From a virus: a stretch of DNA of 64,000 bases. A program made the translations under genes and the position numbers. Of this stretch, positions 54,301 through 64,000 are shown one piece after another (the first letter of the stretch is position 1; the number at the start of each line of letters is the position of its first letter). The notes beneath the pieces were generated by a model. The model worked only from the letters and a program-made list of their open reading frames with translations. It did no database searches and was not told the origin of the DNA. Location of the stretch: positions 45,783 through 109,782 of the IMG/VR virus record IMGVR_UViG_3300009790_000004. One strand, 5' to 3'.

Positions 54301-57300
54301 GAAAGATATAAGAATGACATTCCATCAATTGGACCTACAAGGACTCCTGCACATGATGTATTAGATTTCAGACCACAAGTTTCTGCTTATAATCCAGCAT
54401 CTGCTACAGTATCTCCATTCTTCTATACTGCTAGAGACTTTAGTGGAAAACCAGATAGACTATTAACTCCTAATGAGTCTATTGTATTTGATTATGATTA
54501 TTATCTACCTAGAATTGATAAACTAGTCTTACATCAGAATGGTGAATTTATTGTCATAAGAGGTACACCTGCTAGACAGCCATTACCCCCAGAATCACAA
54601 GATAAGACTATTGAAATTGCTACTGTTCTTCTTCCTGCATATCTTAAGAATGCAGAAGATGCACGAGTATATTTAAAGCAGAATCGTAGATATACGATGA
54701 AGGATATTGGTCAGATTGCTGATAGAGTTAAAAATCTTGAAGAGGTAACTACTTTAAATCTTTTAGAAAAGAGTGCAGAAGCTCTTCAGATTAGAGACGC
54801 ACAAGGATATGATAGATTTAAATCTGGTTTCTTTGTAGATTCATTTAGTTCTTGGGATTTCATGTCTCCAAGTTCTCCTGCTGAGATTGATACCGATCTT
54901 AGAGAGCTTAGACCAATGAGGGAATTTGATTCCATCAATTTACAGGTTGCTCCTAAGACAGATATACCAGTACAGCAGTTAGATTATAGTACTGACTTTG
55001 AATTACTTGATAGTGAAAATACACGGAAAACTGGTAATCTTCTTACTCTGAATTATGAAGATGAATTATACATTGAGCAGAATTTTGCTACTAAAGTCAA
55101 TAACATAAACCCATTCCATGTTGTTGCATATACTGGTGAGATTCGTTTGACTCCTGCTGTTGATAATTGGATCAACACTAGAAGAACTCAGAATACTATT
55201 AGAAATACTATTGGTATTACTGTTTTCAACAATCAAGTCGCTGCTAACTTTACAGTAACTCGTGAAGGTAACGGTGGTGGATCTGCAACTGTAACTACTC
55301 AAGAGATTGGTAGAACTGTACAGAGAGATGATATTAGATCGGAAAATACATTTATTGCTGAAGAAAACTTTGATCCATTCTGTCGTTCTAGAAATGTAGA
55401 GTTTGCTGCCGTAGGTCTTAAACCATTTACTAATTTCTACCCATTCTTTGATAATGTTGGTGGTATTGATGTTATACCAAAACTTTTAGAAATATTCAAT
55501 GTTACTGGATCATTCCAGATTGGTGAAACTATTAGAGGAACAATTGGTGCAACTGCATTTGAATTTAGATTAGCTGCTCCTAACCATAAGAAAGGACCAT
55601 TTGCTAATCCTACAGACACATATGATGTTAATCCATATGACCCAAGTTCAACATTACCAAATGGATATTCTCAAGCATCAACAGTATTGAATATTGATAT
55701 TGTTGGACTTTGTGAGCAAGCACAGGGAGCTTTCTTTGGATTTGCTCCAACTAATATGGTTCTTAGAGGATTAACTAGTGGTGCTCAAGCAAGTGTAGCA
55801 AGAGTAAGACTTGTATCCGATAATTTTGGTGATCTAATTGGTGCTATGTGGATTAGAGATCCTAATGCAACTCCTACTCCTCAAGTAAGAATTAGATCTG
55901 GTACTAGAGATTTTAAATTAACTTCTAGCGAATCAAATGCTACTCCAGTACCAGGAAGCACCTTAATTTCTAGTGCTCTTGGTAGATACTTAGCAACAGG
56001 TACTACAAGGATTGTACAAACTGATATTAGAATTACAACCTTAGAGACTACTACGATTACGAATCTATCGACGATTGATATACAGAGATCTGACCCCTTA
56101 CCCCCTCCTCCTCCACCTCCACCACCTCCTGTTATTATCAATAATACAAGAGTTATTGATAGAACTAGAACTGTTGTTAATAACATCACAAATGTTATTG
56201 ATAGAACAGTAACAGTTGTTCGTGAGAGGAATAGAGACCCTCTTGCACAGTCTATTATTACTGGACCTGAGGGTGTATGGATTACTAAATTAGAAGTTTA
56301 CTTTGCAACAGTTACTTCTGGTACGACCCCAGTAAATATTCAAATAAGAACAGTTGAGTTAGGTTTACCTACACTTAATATTATTCATAGAGATGCGATG
56401 GTAACATTGCGTCCATCTGATATAACAACATCTGATGATGGAAGTGTAGCAACAACTATTACATTCCCATCACCTGTTTACTTAGATCCTAATGCTCAGT
56501 ATGCTATCGTTCTATTGTCCGATAGTGATGAGTATACAGTGTTCTGTGGTGAAATGGGACAGAAGGCTCTAAATGCACAGACTCTACCGTCTGCTCAAGG
56601 TAAGATTTACTCACAGCAATTTGCTATGGGTTCACTCTTCAAGTCTCAGAATGGATCTACTTGGACTCCATCTCAGTTTGAAGATATGACCTTCAAACTT
56701 TATAGAGCGAAATTTACTTCAAGTAGAGGATTATTAACATTCTATAATCCACCAATTGAACCCAATAATGGTCAATTACCACCATTAAACTTTAACCCTA
56801 TAATAGGTCTTCCTAAGAAAGCAAAGATTGGTATTACTACCACAACTAATGCTGGATTAATTGGAACGGTATTTACTCAGGGTAGAAAAATCAGTGAAAG
56901 TAATGAGACTTATCGTTACGCATATGTTGATGGACAAGGCGGACCTGTTGATGGTGCTCCTGGCATTCTTACTGGTGGTAAAGGATATGGAACTCCTAGT
57001 AACCCAGTAGGCACTTATAATATTACTGGAGATGGTTCTGGACTTACTTTAAATGTAACTGTTTCAGCTGGTCTATCTGCTATTACTGCTGCTACCGTGG
57101 CTGTTGATGGTAATGGATACAAAGTTGGTGATGTTGTTGGATTAGTTACTGCTGATGTAGGTGGTGCTGGTGCTGGTGCTCGTGTTGCTATTAGTACGAT
57201 TGCTGGTGTTGATACATTGTACTTGACAAATGTACAAGCACAGGAATTTGATGTAACTTCTAATGATCTAACTTATGTTCATAGTACTGGTACAGTTATT

Positions 57301-58686
57301 GACTCTGGAGTTGATATCTGGTCATATGATGCTACAGGAAGTGTATACACTGGTGAATACTTTAAGGTAGATCAGTGGAATCATGGAATGTATGGTGGAG
57401 GTAATAAAGTTATTATTTCTGATGCACAATCAGATGTTATTCCAACAGAATTAACTTCTGATGTTGCTTCTAATGAGACTACTATTTCTGTGGCATCAAC
57501 TAGTCAATTTAATATATTTGAAGGTGCTTTGGTTAGTGCTGCTAATACTGGATATGCTTTTGCTAATAGTGAGATTATCTCTTACACTAGTGTTGGAATT
57601 TCTAGTCTTGGTGGTGTAGTCAGAGGAGCAAATGGAAGTAATTCATTGAATCATATTAAAGGAGATGTTATCTCCAAGTATGAAATGAATGGCGTTTCTT
57701 TAACAAGAATCAATGCCGAGCATGATGTTGAAACTTCTCTTGTTGGAATTGATGAGTATTACATCAAGATTGATAGAGGAAGTAGTAGAGGATCTGACGA
57801 TACTTCTAATGATATTCCACAACTTTCCTTTGCTGAAGAAGCAGCAGGTGGTGGTAACTTCGTTCATGCTTCTAAAAACATTCAGTATGACGCTGTAAGA
57901 CCTTTGTTCAATGCGTCCACCTTTGGATCAACAGATTTCCTTTCTCTTCAATTGAGGAGCACTACGGGTTCATCTGTCAATGGTACTGAAGCATCATTTG
58001 TTGATGCTGGATTTGAGAATATTGGACTTAATAGAATCAATCAATTAGAAAGTACTAGAATTGTTGCTGCTCGAACTAATGAGTCAAGCAATTTAGGTTC
58101 TATTGATAGATCTAAGTCACATCAAATCACTATTGAATTAGATAATGGTGGAGATGATTATAATTCTCCAACTATTAATCTTGAGGGAGCTGCTGCACTA
58201 TTCTATGAAAATAGATTAAATGCACCAATTGAAGATTATTTGATCGATCCTAGAGCGAAGCAAAGATTTAACGATCCACATGCTTCATACTATATGTCAA
58301 ATCCAATCTATATTAAGAACGCTGCAACTTCGTTGAAGGTTCTATTTGATTCTCGTAGACCACCAAGTACTGATTTCAGAGTTCTTTATAGTACTCTAAG
58401 AGCAGATTCTAGTGAAGTTACGCCTGGATTTGAATTATTCCCTGGTTACAGGAACCTCCTAGATATTGATGGAGATGGCATTGGTGATAAGATCATCGAT
58501 GTTAAGAATAATAGTGGTCTACCAGATCTCTATATTCCACCTAATGATACTGTATATCGTGAATATCAGTATACAGTTGATGATCTACCTAGTTTCACTG
58601 GATTCCAAATTAAAATTGTATTCATCGGAACTAATCAGGCTCAATATCCTGTAATTAAAAATCTAAGGGCAATTGCTGTGGCATGA
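51352..58686 (+). CDS. Large virion structural protein (VrlC/DUF4815-like)
   Basis: NLNVSPYYDDFD, VQARELSTLQ, APGADRL, RTYQESGNY, RFKSGFFVDSF and DPLAQS motifs; follows gp8. Confidence 0.85.
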   Translation: MPQQTNLNVSPYYDDFDSDKGYHRVLFKPGYPVQARELSTLQSIMQNQVETFGSHMFKEGALVIPGAVTFDGQYYAVQVNPTHLGTDVSVYAKNVIGKRFKGQTSGVTAKVVNYITATTSDRDYDTFYVKYVNSATTGDFSFFQDGEILVAEDSVTYGNTTINKGGTLASTISLNACTTGSAASIDDGVYFIRGSFVKVTKQTIILDQYNQSPSTRVGLQVIESAISAKADDSLYDNAKGFSNFAAPGADRLQIKLTLSKKDITDFDDTDFVEVLRVKEGAIYSLKRDTEYNKIRDYFAKRTYQESGNYVVNPFMVNIADCLNDRLGNDGVYFKGQTTFDGNTPSDNIACLKVSSGLAYVYGYDVDKNAPSIIDFDKPRETQKVTDSSFNFEMGNRFLVNNVTGITTLTNRIDLMGGPHNSATNVAAGTASKIGDAKVYGLSLRDAAYENNGTDWNLYLYDVQTYTTLKLNDNVSAGELNESAFIVGKESGANGFAVSAGAGSSTISVTQTSGFFRPGEKISINGDETVSRTVEQVTPYGINDVYNFAQSGNSFTAGKKLNPIIPVGFGAGNFKIVANGTVTSPRADSFLVWKPGDIFVYESPVNTAGSALNFPTYNVVTEIAADGQSMKVGAMTTVSDVFDGGVKAFDGTCYRGVQDVSVQDSSLISRIPDIGISNVDFGDATLYLSSQVTNESTNALGQLVLPITSVGLDDVTFVAFDQERYSVAYSNGTVQSLTEDQVVISSTSITMYGLTPGQSNVRVNVTVQKSNIKNKVKEYKRCQQTEITRSANKRSGTNAGTSINDGLNHSNLYGIRVQDRDICLNYPDVSDIVAIYESLDTNSPVLDKLTFTSTDDVFTEAIIGEKIIGKVSRAIARVVSVDSGNSQISIVYLTDNKFTLLESLEFEESSAVATVQATTPGKFKDITSSYLLDKGQRNQYYDYSRIVRNAGAFVPHRKILIIYNRYDVPSGDTGDIFTVNSYGAERYKNDIPSIGPTRTPAHDVLDFRPQVSAYNPASATVSPFFYTARDFSGKPDRLLTPNESIVFDYDYYLPRIDKLVLHQNGEFIVIRGTPARQPLPPESQDKTIEIATVLLPAYLKNAEDARVYLKQNRRYTMKDIGQIADRVKNLEEVTTLNLLEKSAEALQIRDAQGYDRFKSGFFVDSFSSWDFMSPSSPAEIDTDLRELRPMREFDSINLQVAPKTDIPVQQLDYSTDFELLDSENTRKTGNLLTLNYEDELYIEQNFATKVNNINPFHVVAYTGEIRLTPAVDNWINTRRTQNTIRNTIGITVFNNQVAANFTVTREGNGGGSATVTTQEIGRTVQRDDIRSENTFIAEENFDPFCRSRNVEFAAVGLKPFTNFYPFFDNVGGIDVIPKLLEIFNVTGSFQIGETIRGTIGATAFEFRLAAPNHKKGPFANPTDTYDVNPYDPSSTLPNGYSQASTVLNIDIVGLCEQAQGAFFGFAPTNMVLRGLTSGAQASVARVRLVSDNFGDLIGAMWIRDPNATPTPQVRIRSGTRDFKLTSSESNATPVPGSTLISSALGRYLATGTTRIVQTDIRITTLETTTITNLSTIDIQRSDPLPPPPPPPPPPVIINNTRVIDRTRTVVNNITNVIDRTVTVVRERNRDPLAQSIITGPEGVWITKLEVYFATVTSGTTPVNIQIRTVELGLPTLNIIHRDAMVTLRPSDITTSDDGSVATTITFPSPVYLDPNAQYAIVLLSDSDEYTVFCGEMGQKALNAQTLPSAQGKIYSQQFAMGSLFKSQNGSTWTPSQFEDMTFKLYRAKFTSSRGLLTFYNPPIEPNNGQLPPLNFNPIIGLPKKAKIGITTTTNAGLIGTVFTQGRKISESNETYRYAYVDGQGGPVDGAPGILTGGKGYGTPSNPVGTYNITGDGSGLTLNVTVSAGLSAITAATVAVDGNGYKVGDVVGLVTADVGGAGAGARVAISTIAGVDTLYLTNVQAQEFDVTSNDLTYVHSTGTVIDSGVDIWSYDATGSVYTGEYFKVDQWNHGMYGGGNKVIISDAQSDVIPTELTSDVASNETTISVASTSQFNIFEGALVSAANTGYAFANSEIISYTSVGISSLGGVVRGANGSNSLNHIKGDVISKYEMNGVSLTRINAEHDVETSLVGIDEYYIKIDRGSSRGSDDTSNDIPQLSFAEEAAGGGNFVHASKNIQYDAVRPLFNASTFGSTDFLSLQLRSTTGSSVNGTEASFVDAGFENIGLNRINQLESTRIVAARTNESSNLGSIDRSKSHQITIELDNGGDDYNSPTINLEGAAALFYENRLNAPIEDYLIDPRAKQRFNDPHASYYMSNPIYIKNAATSLKVLFDSRRPPSTDFRVLYSTLRADSSEVTPGFELFPGYRNLLDIDGDGIGDKIIDVKNNSGLPDLYIPPNDTVYREYQYTVDDLPSFTGFQIKIVFIGTNQAQYPVIKNLRAIAVA

Positions 58687-58892
58687 CGAATTCATTGATA
58701 CCCGTTGAGGGACATCCTAATATGGCTAGAGATAAGAATACTGGAGCTATCATAAACACTGATAGCTCCGCTTATGCTTCTTATCACCAAAGACAATCTC
58801 AAAGGAAAATGGAGAGACAAGAAATTGATGAAATGAAAAAGGATATAAACGAAATTAAGGGTATGCTCTTAAAGATTGCTGAAAAATTATGA
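58683..58892 (+). CDS. Small coiled-coil virion-region protein
   Basis: PVEGHPNMARDKNTGAIIN plus a C-terminal heptad repeat. Confidence 0.8.
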   Translation: MTNSLIPVEGHPNMARDKNTGAIINTDSSAYASYHQRQSQRKMERQEIDEMKKDINEIKGMLLKIAEKL

Positions 58893-59053
58893 GTAAGAAT
58901 CCACATTCAGAATTTTTAAAATATCATGGTTTTACTGAGGTTCAAGCACCAGTTAAATCAGAAACTGACATGGCAGCATTGAAATCTGAGATGGCAGAAA
59001 TTAAGATGACCATGCTTCAAGTATTGCAGGAGTTGAGGAAACTAAATACATAA
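58889..59053 (+). CDS. Small coiled-coil protein (54 aa)
   Basis: ATGA-coupled; hand-translated, heptads MAALKSEMAEIKMTMLQVLQEL. Confidence 0.65.
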   Translation: MSKNPHSEFLKYHGFTEVQAPVKSETDMAALKSEMAEIKMTMLQVLQELRKLNT

Positions 59054-59077
59054 TAGGATAATCCGTGTTGATAACAG

Positions 59078-59416
59078 ATGGCAGTCTACATAGCTAACCT
59101 TCAAATTGAGGCAGGTGTAGATTTCCAGCATGCTTTCAGTTTGGGTGACAGTGATACAGGTACATTTTTGAACCTTAATAATTATACCGTTACCTCCCAA
59201 ATGAGAAAGTGGGCTGGATCAAGTTCAGCTGTTTCTTTTGCATCCACAGTTAGCGACGCTGATAATGGTCAACTCCAAATTTCTTTGGGTTCGACTGTAA
59301 CTGTTGATATAAAACCTGGGCGTTATGTATATGATGTTCTTTTGGAAGACGCTGGAGGTTATAAGTATAAAGTCGTTGAAGGAATGATCCTAGTCAGAGT
59401 AGGAGTCACAAGGTAA
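59078..59416 (+). CDS. Small Ig-like virion structural protein
   Basis: ACTAAATA late promoter at 59041-59048; PGRYVYDVLL...KVVEG motif. Confidence 0.8.
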   Translation: MAVYIANLQIEAGVDFQHAFSLGDSDTGTFLNLNNYTVTSQMRKWAGSSSAVSFASTVSDADNGQLQISLGSTVTVDIKPGRYVYDVLLEDAGGYKYKVVEGMILVRVGVTR

Positions 59417-59419
59417 ATC

Positions 59420-59632
59420 ATGCCATCTCTAAGAATAGGCACAGGTAATCAAGTAAAAGTAATCGCTAGTGGATCTCTTGGTGGAGGTTCTGGTGGTCGC
59501 TTGTCTTTATTATCTGATGTTAATGCAAGCAATCTTCAAGACGGAAGTTTGCTGGTTTACGATGCTGCTACAAGTAACTTCGTAACAACAAAAGAATTTC
59601 CCTCTGCAATAATTGATGGAGGTCTCTACTAA
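59420..59632 (+). CDS. Short fibre-associated protein
   Basis: LSLLSDVN....DGSLLVYD and IDGG motifs. Confidence 0.75.
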   Translation: MPSLRIGTGNQVKVIASGSLGGGSGGRLSLLSDVNASNLQDGSLLVYDAATSNFVTTKEFPSAIIDGGLY

Positions 59633-62600
59633 TGGCAGCTACCCTATTATTAAAACGAACTTTAGGAACTTCACCTCCAAATATAGCACCAGTTGGTACT
59701 GGTGTATCTTTTGGTGAGCTCGTTTATACTTACGATACCAGCAATGTTGGTGCAGGTAAGTCGTACAAGAAACTTTATATTGGTAACCCAGCTGGTCCTA
59801 CAGCGACTCCTATTGTAATTGGTGGTGAATATTATACTAGCTTAATTCCAGAAAGTCCTGCTAATTTTGGTAACCCAGAAGCATCCAAGGCAGTTATTTT
59901 GGATGCTAATGCTAAGGTTAAGTCATGGGCTGTTGCTGATGATTTCCACAATGCTGGTGTAGGTACTAATGTAGGCGATTTCTATGTTGGTGGTAACTTA
60001 AATGTTACTGGAGATTTAGTATATGACGAAGTAACTGGTAGAAATATTAATATTACAGGTGTTGGTACAATTGCCACCATCTTCAATACTAAAGCAACCA
60101 TTGTTGATGGTGCAATTGACAATCTGTTTACTGTATCAGGACTTGTTACCACTCTGACTGGTACAAGTGCTAATTACACTCAGGTTAATGTAGGACATGC
60201 TCTTACTGCTAATAATGTAGAGATTAGTGGCATAGCTACGCTTTCTAATAATCTTGACTTTTCTAGAAATCTAATTAAGATTGGTCGTGAGACCGCATCT
60301 GGTATCAGTAGTGCTGATGGATCAATATTCATTGGTGACTATGTTGCTGCTGGTATGGGTCAATCGACTGCAAACAGACGCAATATTGCTATTGGTGCTA
60401 GTGCATTACAATTTGGTGGACAGGGAAATAATGCTGATGAGTTAGAGTCTACTATTGCAATTGGTAATTTTGCAGGATGGAGACTTCAGGGTAAACATAA
60501 CTTGATGATCGGTGATAAAGTAGGTTATGCTTTATCATCTAGTGGTAACGATGAGAACATTGCTCTTGGTAATCAAGCAATGTATGGTGACACCTATCCT
60601 GTTGTGGATGGTGTTACATTAAGTATTGCAGTTGGTGATCAAACTGCTATTGCTAACCACGACGAATCTACTGGAGTAACAGAAACTAGTGGATCAGGTG
60701 ATGGTTTAATTGTTAGACTTCAGACTGATGGAACTGGTAAAGTTTCAGGAATTTCAGTAGTATCTCCTGGCGATGGATATGTTTTAAATGACACCTTCAC
60801 TATACCATTTGGATTCCAAACTCTTACTGGTACTGTAAGTAGTATTAATGGTCACTGGTTAAGTGGTGGTACTGGAACTAGACAGCAAAGTAAAAACATT
60901 GCTATAGGTCCATATGCACTATTCAGTGTAGATGGTAGTAAGAATATTGCAATTGGTTATTCTGCTGGTGATACTACAACTGGCGATGGTAATGTCATAA
61001 TTGGTTATGAGCAAGAACCTGCTCTACCTGATCAGAATAATCAGTTAGTTATTGGTACACAGAACCTTAAATGGATTTCTGGTAACAGCGATGGCTGGGT
61101 TGGTATTGGAACTACAACGCCAACAGCTCTCCTCGATGTAGATGGTGATGTTAATATTACTGGTGTTGCTACTGTTCCTCAGTTAGATGTTAACGATTTA
61201 GGTATTGAAGATATCAAAGTCACTGCTGGTTTAGCAACAGACTTTGCAATTACTAATGCTAAGATCCAATCTGGTATTATCACAGATACAGTTGGTACTT
61301 GTGCTACCATCACGAATATTGATGTAGATAATTTTGATGCATTAACATTTAAATTAACTGCTGGTATCATTACATCTCAAGTTGGTACTTATGCTACCAT
61401 TACTGTATTTGATACAGAAACAGCAGACCTAGAAGATGTAAAGATTACCTCTGGTATTATTACATCTCAAGTTGGTACTTATGGTACTATCACTACCTTT
61501 GATAGTGATGACGCAGATATCAATGTACTGAAGACTGTAACTGGTGTTGTAACATCTCTTGCTGGTTTTGGTGTAACTTATAATACAGCAGACTTTGAGT
61601 TTCTTGATGCTTCTGATATCAAGATTACTACTGGTTTAGTAACATCTTTAGTTGGTACATATGTAACTTTCCAAGATGCTGACTTCCAAGACGATGTTCG
61701 TGTTGGTGGTGCTCTTACTGTTGTAGGAGATCTTACTGTTCAGGGTAATACTAGTTTTGTTCAGTCTCAAGTAATTCAGGTTACTGATAAGAATATTGAA
61801 CTAGGTTTTAGTTCAACAGGTAATCATGCCAATGCTTCTGCCGATAACGGTGGTATAATCCTTAAAGGAACTACAGATAAAACTATCCTGTATGATCAAT
61901 CAAGAGAATCATGGGAGTCAAATCTTAAGTTCAATCCTTCTGCTGATGATACTCTTGACATAGGTGAACCAAATGTACAGTGGAGAGATATTTACATTGA
62001 TGGTACTGCACATTTAGATGCTGCGGACATTTTAGACGCTAAGATAACTGCTGGTGTTGTAACTGATATTGTTGGTACTCATGCAACTATTACTGTTGCT
62101 GATTTTGAACAAGCAGATATAGTTACTGCCACCATTCAATCTGGTATAGTAACTGATATTAATGTTTCTACTGCTGCTACTATTAACACATCTGATCTGG
62201 CTGATGCAGATATTAAGAGTGCTAAAATTACAGCTGGTATTATCACATCGATAGTTGGTACTTATGGTACTATCACAACTCTTGATGTAGAGACATTAGA
62301 TGCTCAAAATATAAACATTACTGGAGTTGCTGTAACTGACATTGTTGGTAGTGCAGCGACTATAACAACTATTGATACAGATAATCTTGATGCAGTTAAT
62401 GCTAAGATTACTGTTGGTATCATTACTGATATTATCGGTGTTGCTGCTACATTTACTGATGTTAATATTACTAGTGATTTCAGAGTTGGTGGTGCATCTA
62501 CTTTCGTTGGTAATGTCACTTTCCAAGGTGGAGTAATTGGTCTTGGTGATTCTACTAGCGATGCTATTGTATTCAATGCTGACATCGATTCTAGTTTCAT

Positions 62601-64000
62601 TCCTGATGATGACGATACTTATAACCTTGGTGCTCCTACTCAAGAATGGAAGGATCTTTACATTGATGGTACAGCACATTTAGATGCTGCTGATATTTTA
62701 GATGCTAAAGTCACTGCTGGTGTCATAACTTCACTGGTTGGTACTTATGCTACTATTACAACTGCACATGTCAATACTTTAAGTGCTGATAGTTTAGCCT
62801 TGACTGGGTTAGCAGTTACTGATGTCGTTGTCGCTACTGCAGCAACCTTCACAGGTGTCATTGATGTTAATAATGCAGATATTGTAAACATTAAGATTGG
62901 TGCTGGTTATGTAACTTCACTATATGACTCCACTGGAGTTGTTGGTGTTAATACTCAGCATATGTTGAGTACTAATAATGCTGGAGAACTAGTATGGAAG
63001 GAACCTGCACAGATTGGTATATCAACATTAAACCCTGCAGATGATGTATGGTTTGTTGACACTCATGGTGTTGATGATAATGAAGTTTCTCGTGGTCGTA
63101 GTGCTGATAGACCATTTAGATCCGTTCGTTATGCATTACAAAGAATTTCTAATAGGTATGACCATACCTACAATGGTGGTACTGCTTTAAACGCAGTTAA
63201 TATTCAGAGTGGTTCTTTTGCTGGTAATCAATGGTCTCCTAATGCAGCAGAATATGATGCTCAATACGGTAGATTAACTCTAACAGGTGCTGCTAACCAC
63301 CAGTTGACAACTGGTGATACTATCACCCTTGATAATAATTCATTATCATTCACCTGTAATATGGATAACAATGCGACTTCGCATACTTATCCTCGTGCTA
63401 CTGATCCTATTGCTGGTGTAACAACTGCTGTTACTGTACTAAGCACTCAATCATTCTACATTAATGTCAATGTTGCTGCTAATGCTATAGGAGTTAATGA
63501 GACATTGAATATTGGTGGTGGTGTTTATGAAGAGACATTCCCACTATATGTTCCTGAAGGTGTTACTGTTAAGGGTAATGGTCTTCGTGCTACTAAGGTT
63601 AAACCAACTTCTGCTACTAAGCAAAAGGATGCATTCTTATTAAACGATAGATCAGTTGTTGAAGACTTAACTATTGCTGATATGTTCTTCAACACATCAG
63701 CTAACGAAGGTTTTGCATTCAAGTATCAACCTGGTATTGCTATTACTAGCAGATCTCCATATGTTCAGCGTGTAACTGTATACAACAAAGGAAGTAATAT
63801 TACTGCAGGTGATCCATATGGTTATGGTTCTGCAGATTCTAACCCATCATCCTACATTGCTGGTGGTGGTGCTTATATAGATGGTTCTCAGGTGGCATCA
63901 GGATCGCTTGAGGCAGCGATGTTGTTCAATGAGGTTACATTCATTGTTCCTAACAGTCAGGGTGTTGTAATGACCAACGGTGCTCGTGTAGAGTACCTAA
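59632..64000 (+). CDS. Long tail fibre protein, 3'-truncated by the window
   Basis: Open frame from ATG 59632 (MAATLLLKRTLG) to the window end. Contains NIAIG..A YadA-head-like repeats, KITAGIIT..VGT repeats, one YPR module and a beta-helix start (GGGVYEETFPLYVPEGVTVKG). Missing from the track because it has no stop. Confidence 0.85.
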   Translation, partial: MAATLLLKRTLGTSPPNIAPVGTGVSFGELVYTYDTSNVGAGKSYKKLYIGNPAGPTATPIVIGGEYYTSLIPESPANFGNPEASKAVILDANAKVKSWAVADDFHNAGVGTNVGDFYVGGNLNVTGDLVYDEVTGRNINITGVGTIATIFNTKATIVDGAIDNLFTVSGLVTTLTGTSANYTQVNVGHALTANNVEISGIATLSNNLDFSRNLIKIGRETASGISSADGSIFIGDYVAAGMGQSTANRRNIAIGASALQFGGQGNNADELESTIAIGNFAGWRLQGKHNLMIGDKVGYALSSSGNDENIALGNQAMYGDTYPVVDGVTLSIAVGDQTAIANHDESTGVTETSGSGDGLIVRLQTDGTGKVSGISVVSPGDGYVLNDTFTIPFGFQTLTGTVSSINGHWLSGGTGTRQQSKNIAIGPYALFSVDGSKNIAIGYSAGDTTTGDGNVIIGYEQEPALPDQNNQLVIGTQNLKWISGNSDGWVGIGTTTPTALLDVDGDVNITGVATVPQLDVNDLGIEDIKVTAGLATDFAITNAKIQSGIITDTVGTCATITNIDVDNFDALTFKLTAGIITSQVGTYATITVFDTETADLEDVKITSGIITSQVGTYGTITTFDSDDADINVLKTVTGVVTSLAGFGVTYNTADFEFLDASDIKITTGLVTSLVGTYVTFQDADFQDDVRVGGALTVVGDLTVQGNTSFVQSQVIQVTDKNIELGFSSTGNHANASADNGGIILKGTTDKTILYDQSRESWESNLKFNPSADDTLDIGEPNVQWRDIYIDGTAHLDAADILDAKITAGVVTDIVGTHATITVADFEQADIVTATIQSGIVTDINVSTAATINTSDLADADIKSAKITAGIITSIVGTYGTITTLDVETLDAQNINITGVAVTDIVGSAATITTIDTDNLDAVNAKITVGIITDIIGVAATFTDVNITSDFRVGGASTFVGNVTFQGGVIGLGDSTSDAIVFNADIDSSFIPDDDDTYNLGAPTQEWKDLYIDGTAHLDAADILDAKVTAGVITSLVGTYATITTAHVNTLSADSLALTGLAVTDVVVATAATFTGVIDVNNADIVNIKIGAGYVTSLYDSTGVVGVNTQHMLSTNNAGELVWKEPAQIGISTLNPADDVWFVDTHGVDDNEVSRGRSADRPFRSVRYALQRISNRYDHTYNGGTALNAVNIQSGSFAGNQWSPNAAEYDAQYGRLTLTGAANHQLTTGDTITLDNNSLSFTCNMDNNATSHTYPRATDPIAGVTTAVTVLSTQSFYINVNVAANAIGVNETLNIGGGVYEETFPLYVPEGVTVKGNGLRATKVKPTSATKQKDAFLLNDRSVVEDLTIADMFFNTSANEGFAFKYQPGIAITSRSPYVQRVTVYNKGSNITAGDPYGYGSADSNPSSYIAGGGAYIDGSQVASGSLEAAMLFNEVTFIVPNSQGVVMTNGARVEYL

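Noticed and set aside
61990-62725. Repeat pair as a DGR template/variable region
   Set aside because: Differences are mostly synonymous and not adenine-specific; both copies are coding; no reverse transcriptase in the window.
4723-63722. Short antisense ORFs inside the large structural genes
   Set aside because: Expected shadows of biased codon usage; no independent signals.

Overview
AT-rich fragment of a large T4-like marine cyanomyovirus; gene content and order resemble Prochlorococcus/Synechococcus phages of the P-SSM2 type. Left to right: (1) 3' end of the auxiliary transaldolase talC, a 2OG-Fe(II) oxygenase and a nitrilase-fold hydrolase; (2) a late-promoter cluster of three signal-peptide proteins facing two convergent genes; (3) tail-fibre genes, a Gly-X-X fibre/adhesin and a second 2OG-Fe(II) hydroxylase; (4) a ligase-like nucleotidyltransferase, two flavin-dependent halogenase homologues and small host-like genes (psbN-like, nblA-like); (5) a ~9 kb early region of tiny ORFs whose promoters carry a repeated 18-bp dyad, including a multi-pseudoknot ncRNA candidate directly upstream of an orphan MspI/HinP1I-like endonuclease, an SF2 helicase and a HicA-like gene; (6) an ORF-poor divergent-promoter region; (7) the baseplate/tail block (gp25, gp6, a 5425-aa gp7, gp8, a VrlC-like protein and a truncated long tail fibre). 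No tRNA, rRNA, CRISPR array or transposase was seen. The best novelty candidates are the structured RNA plus nuclease unit (with apparent absence of CCGG and GCGC in the window), the Gly-X-Pro fibre plus adjacent hydroxylase, the dyad regulon, an apparent AUA-initiated gene and the nested repeat architecture of gp7. All family assignments come from motif recognition by eye, not from database searches.
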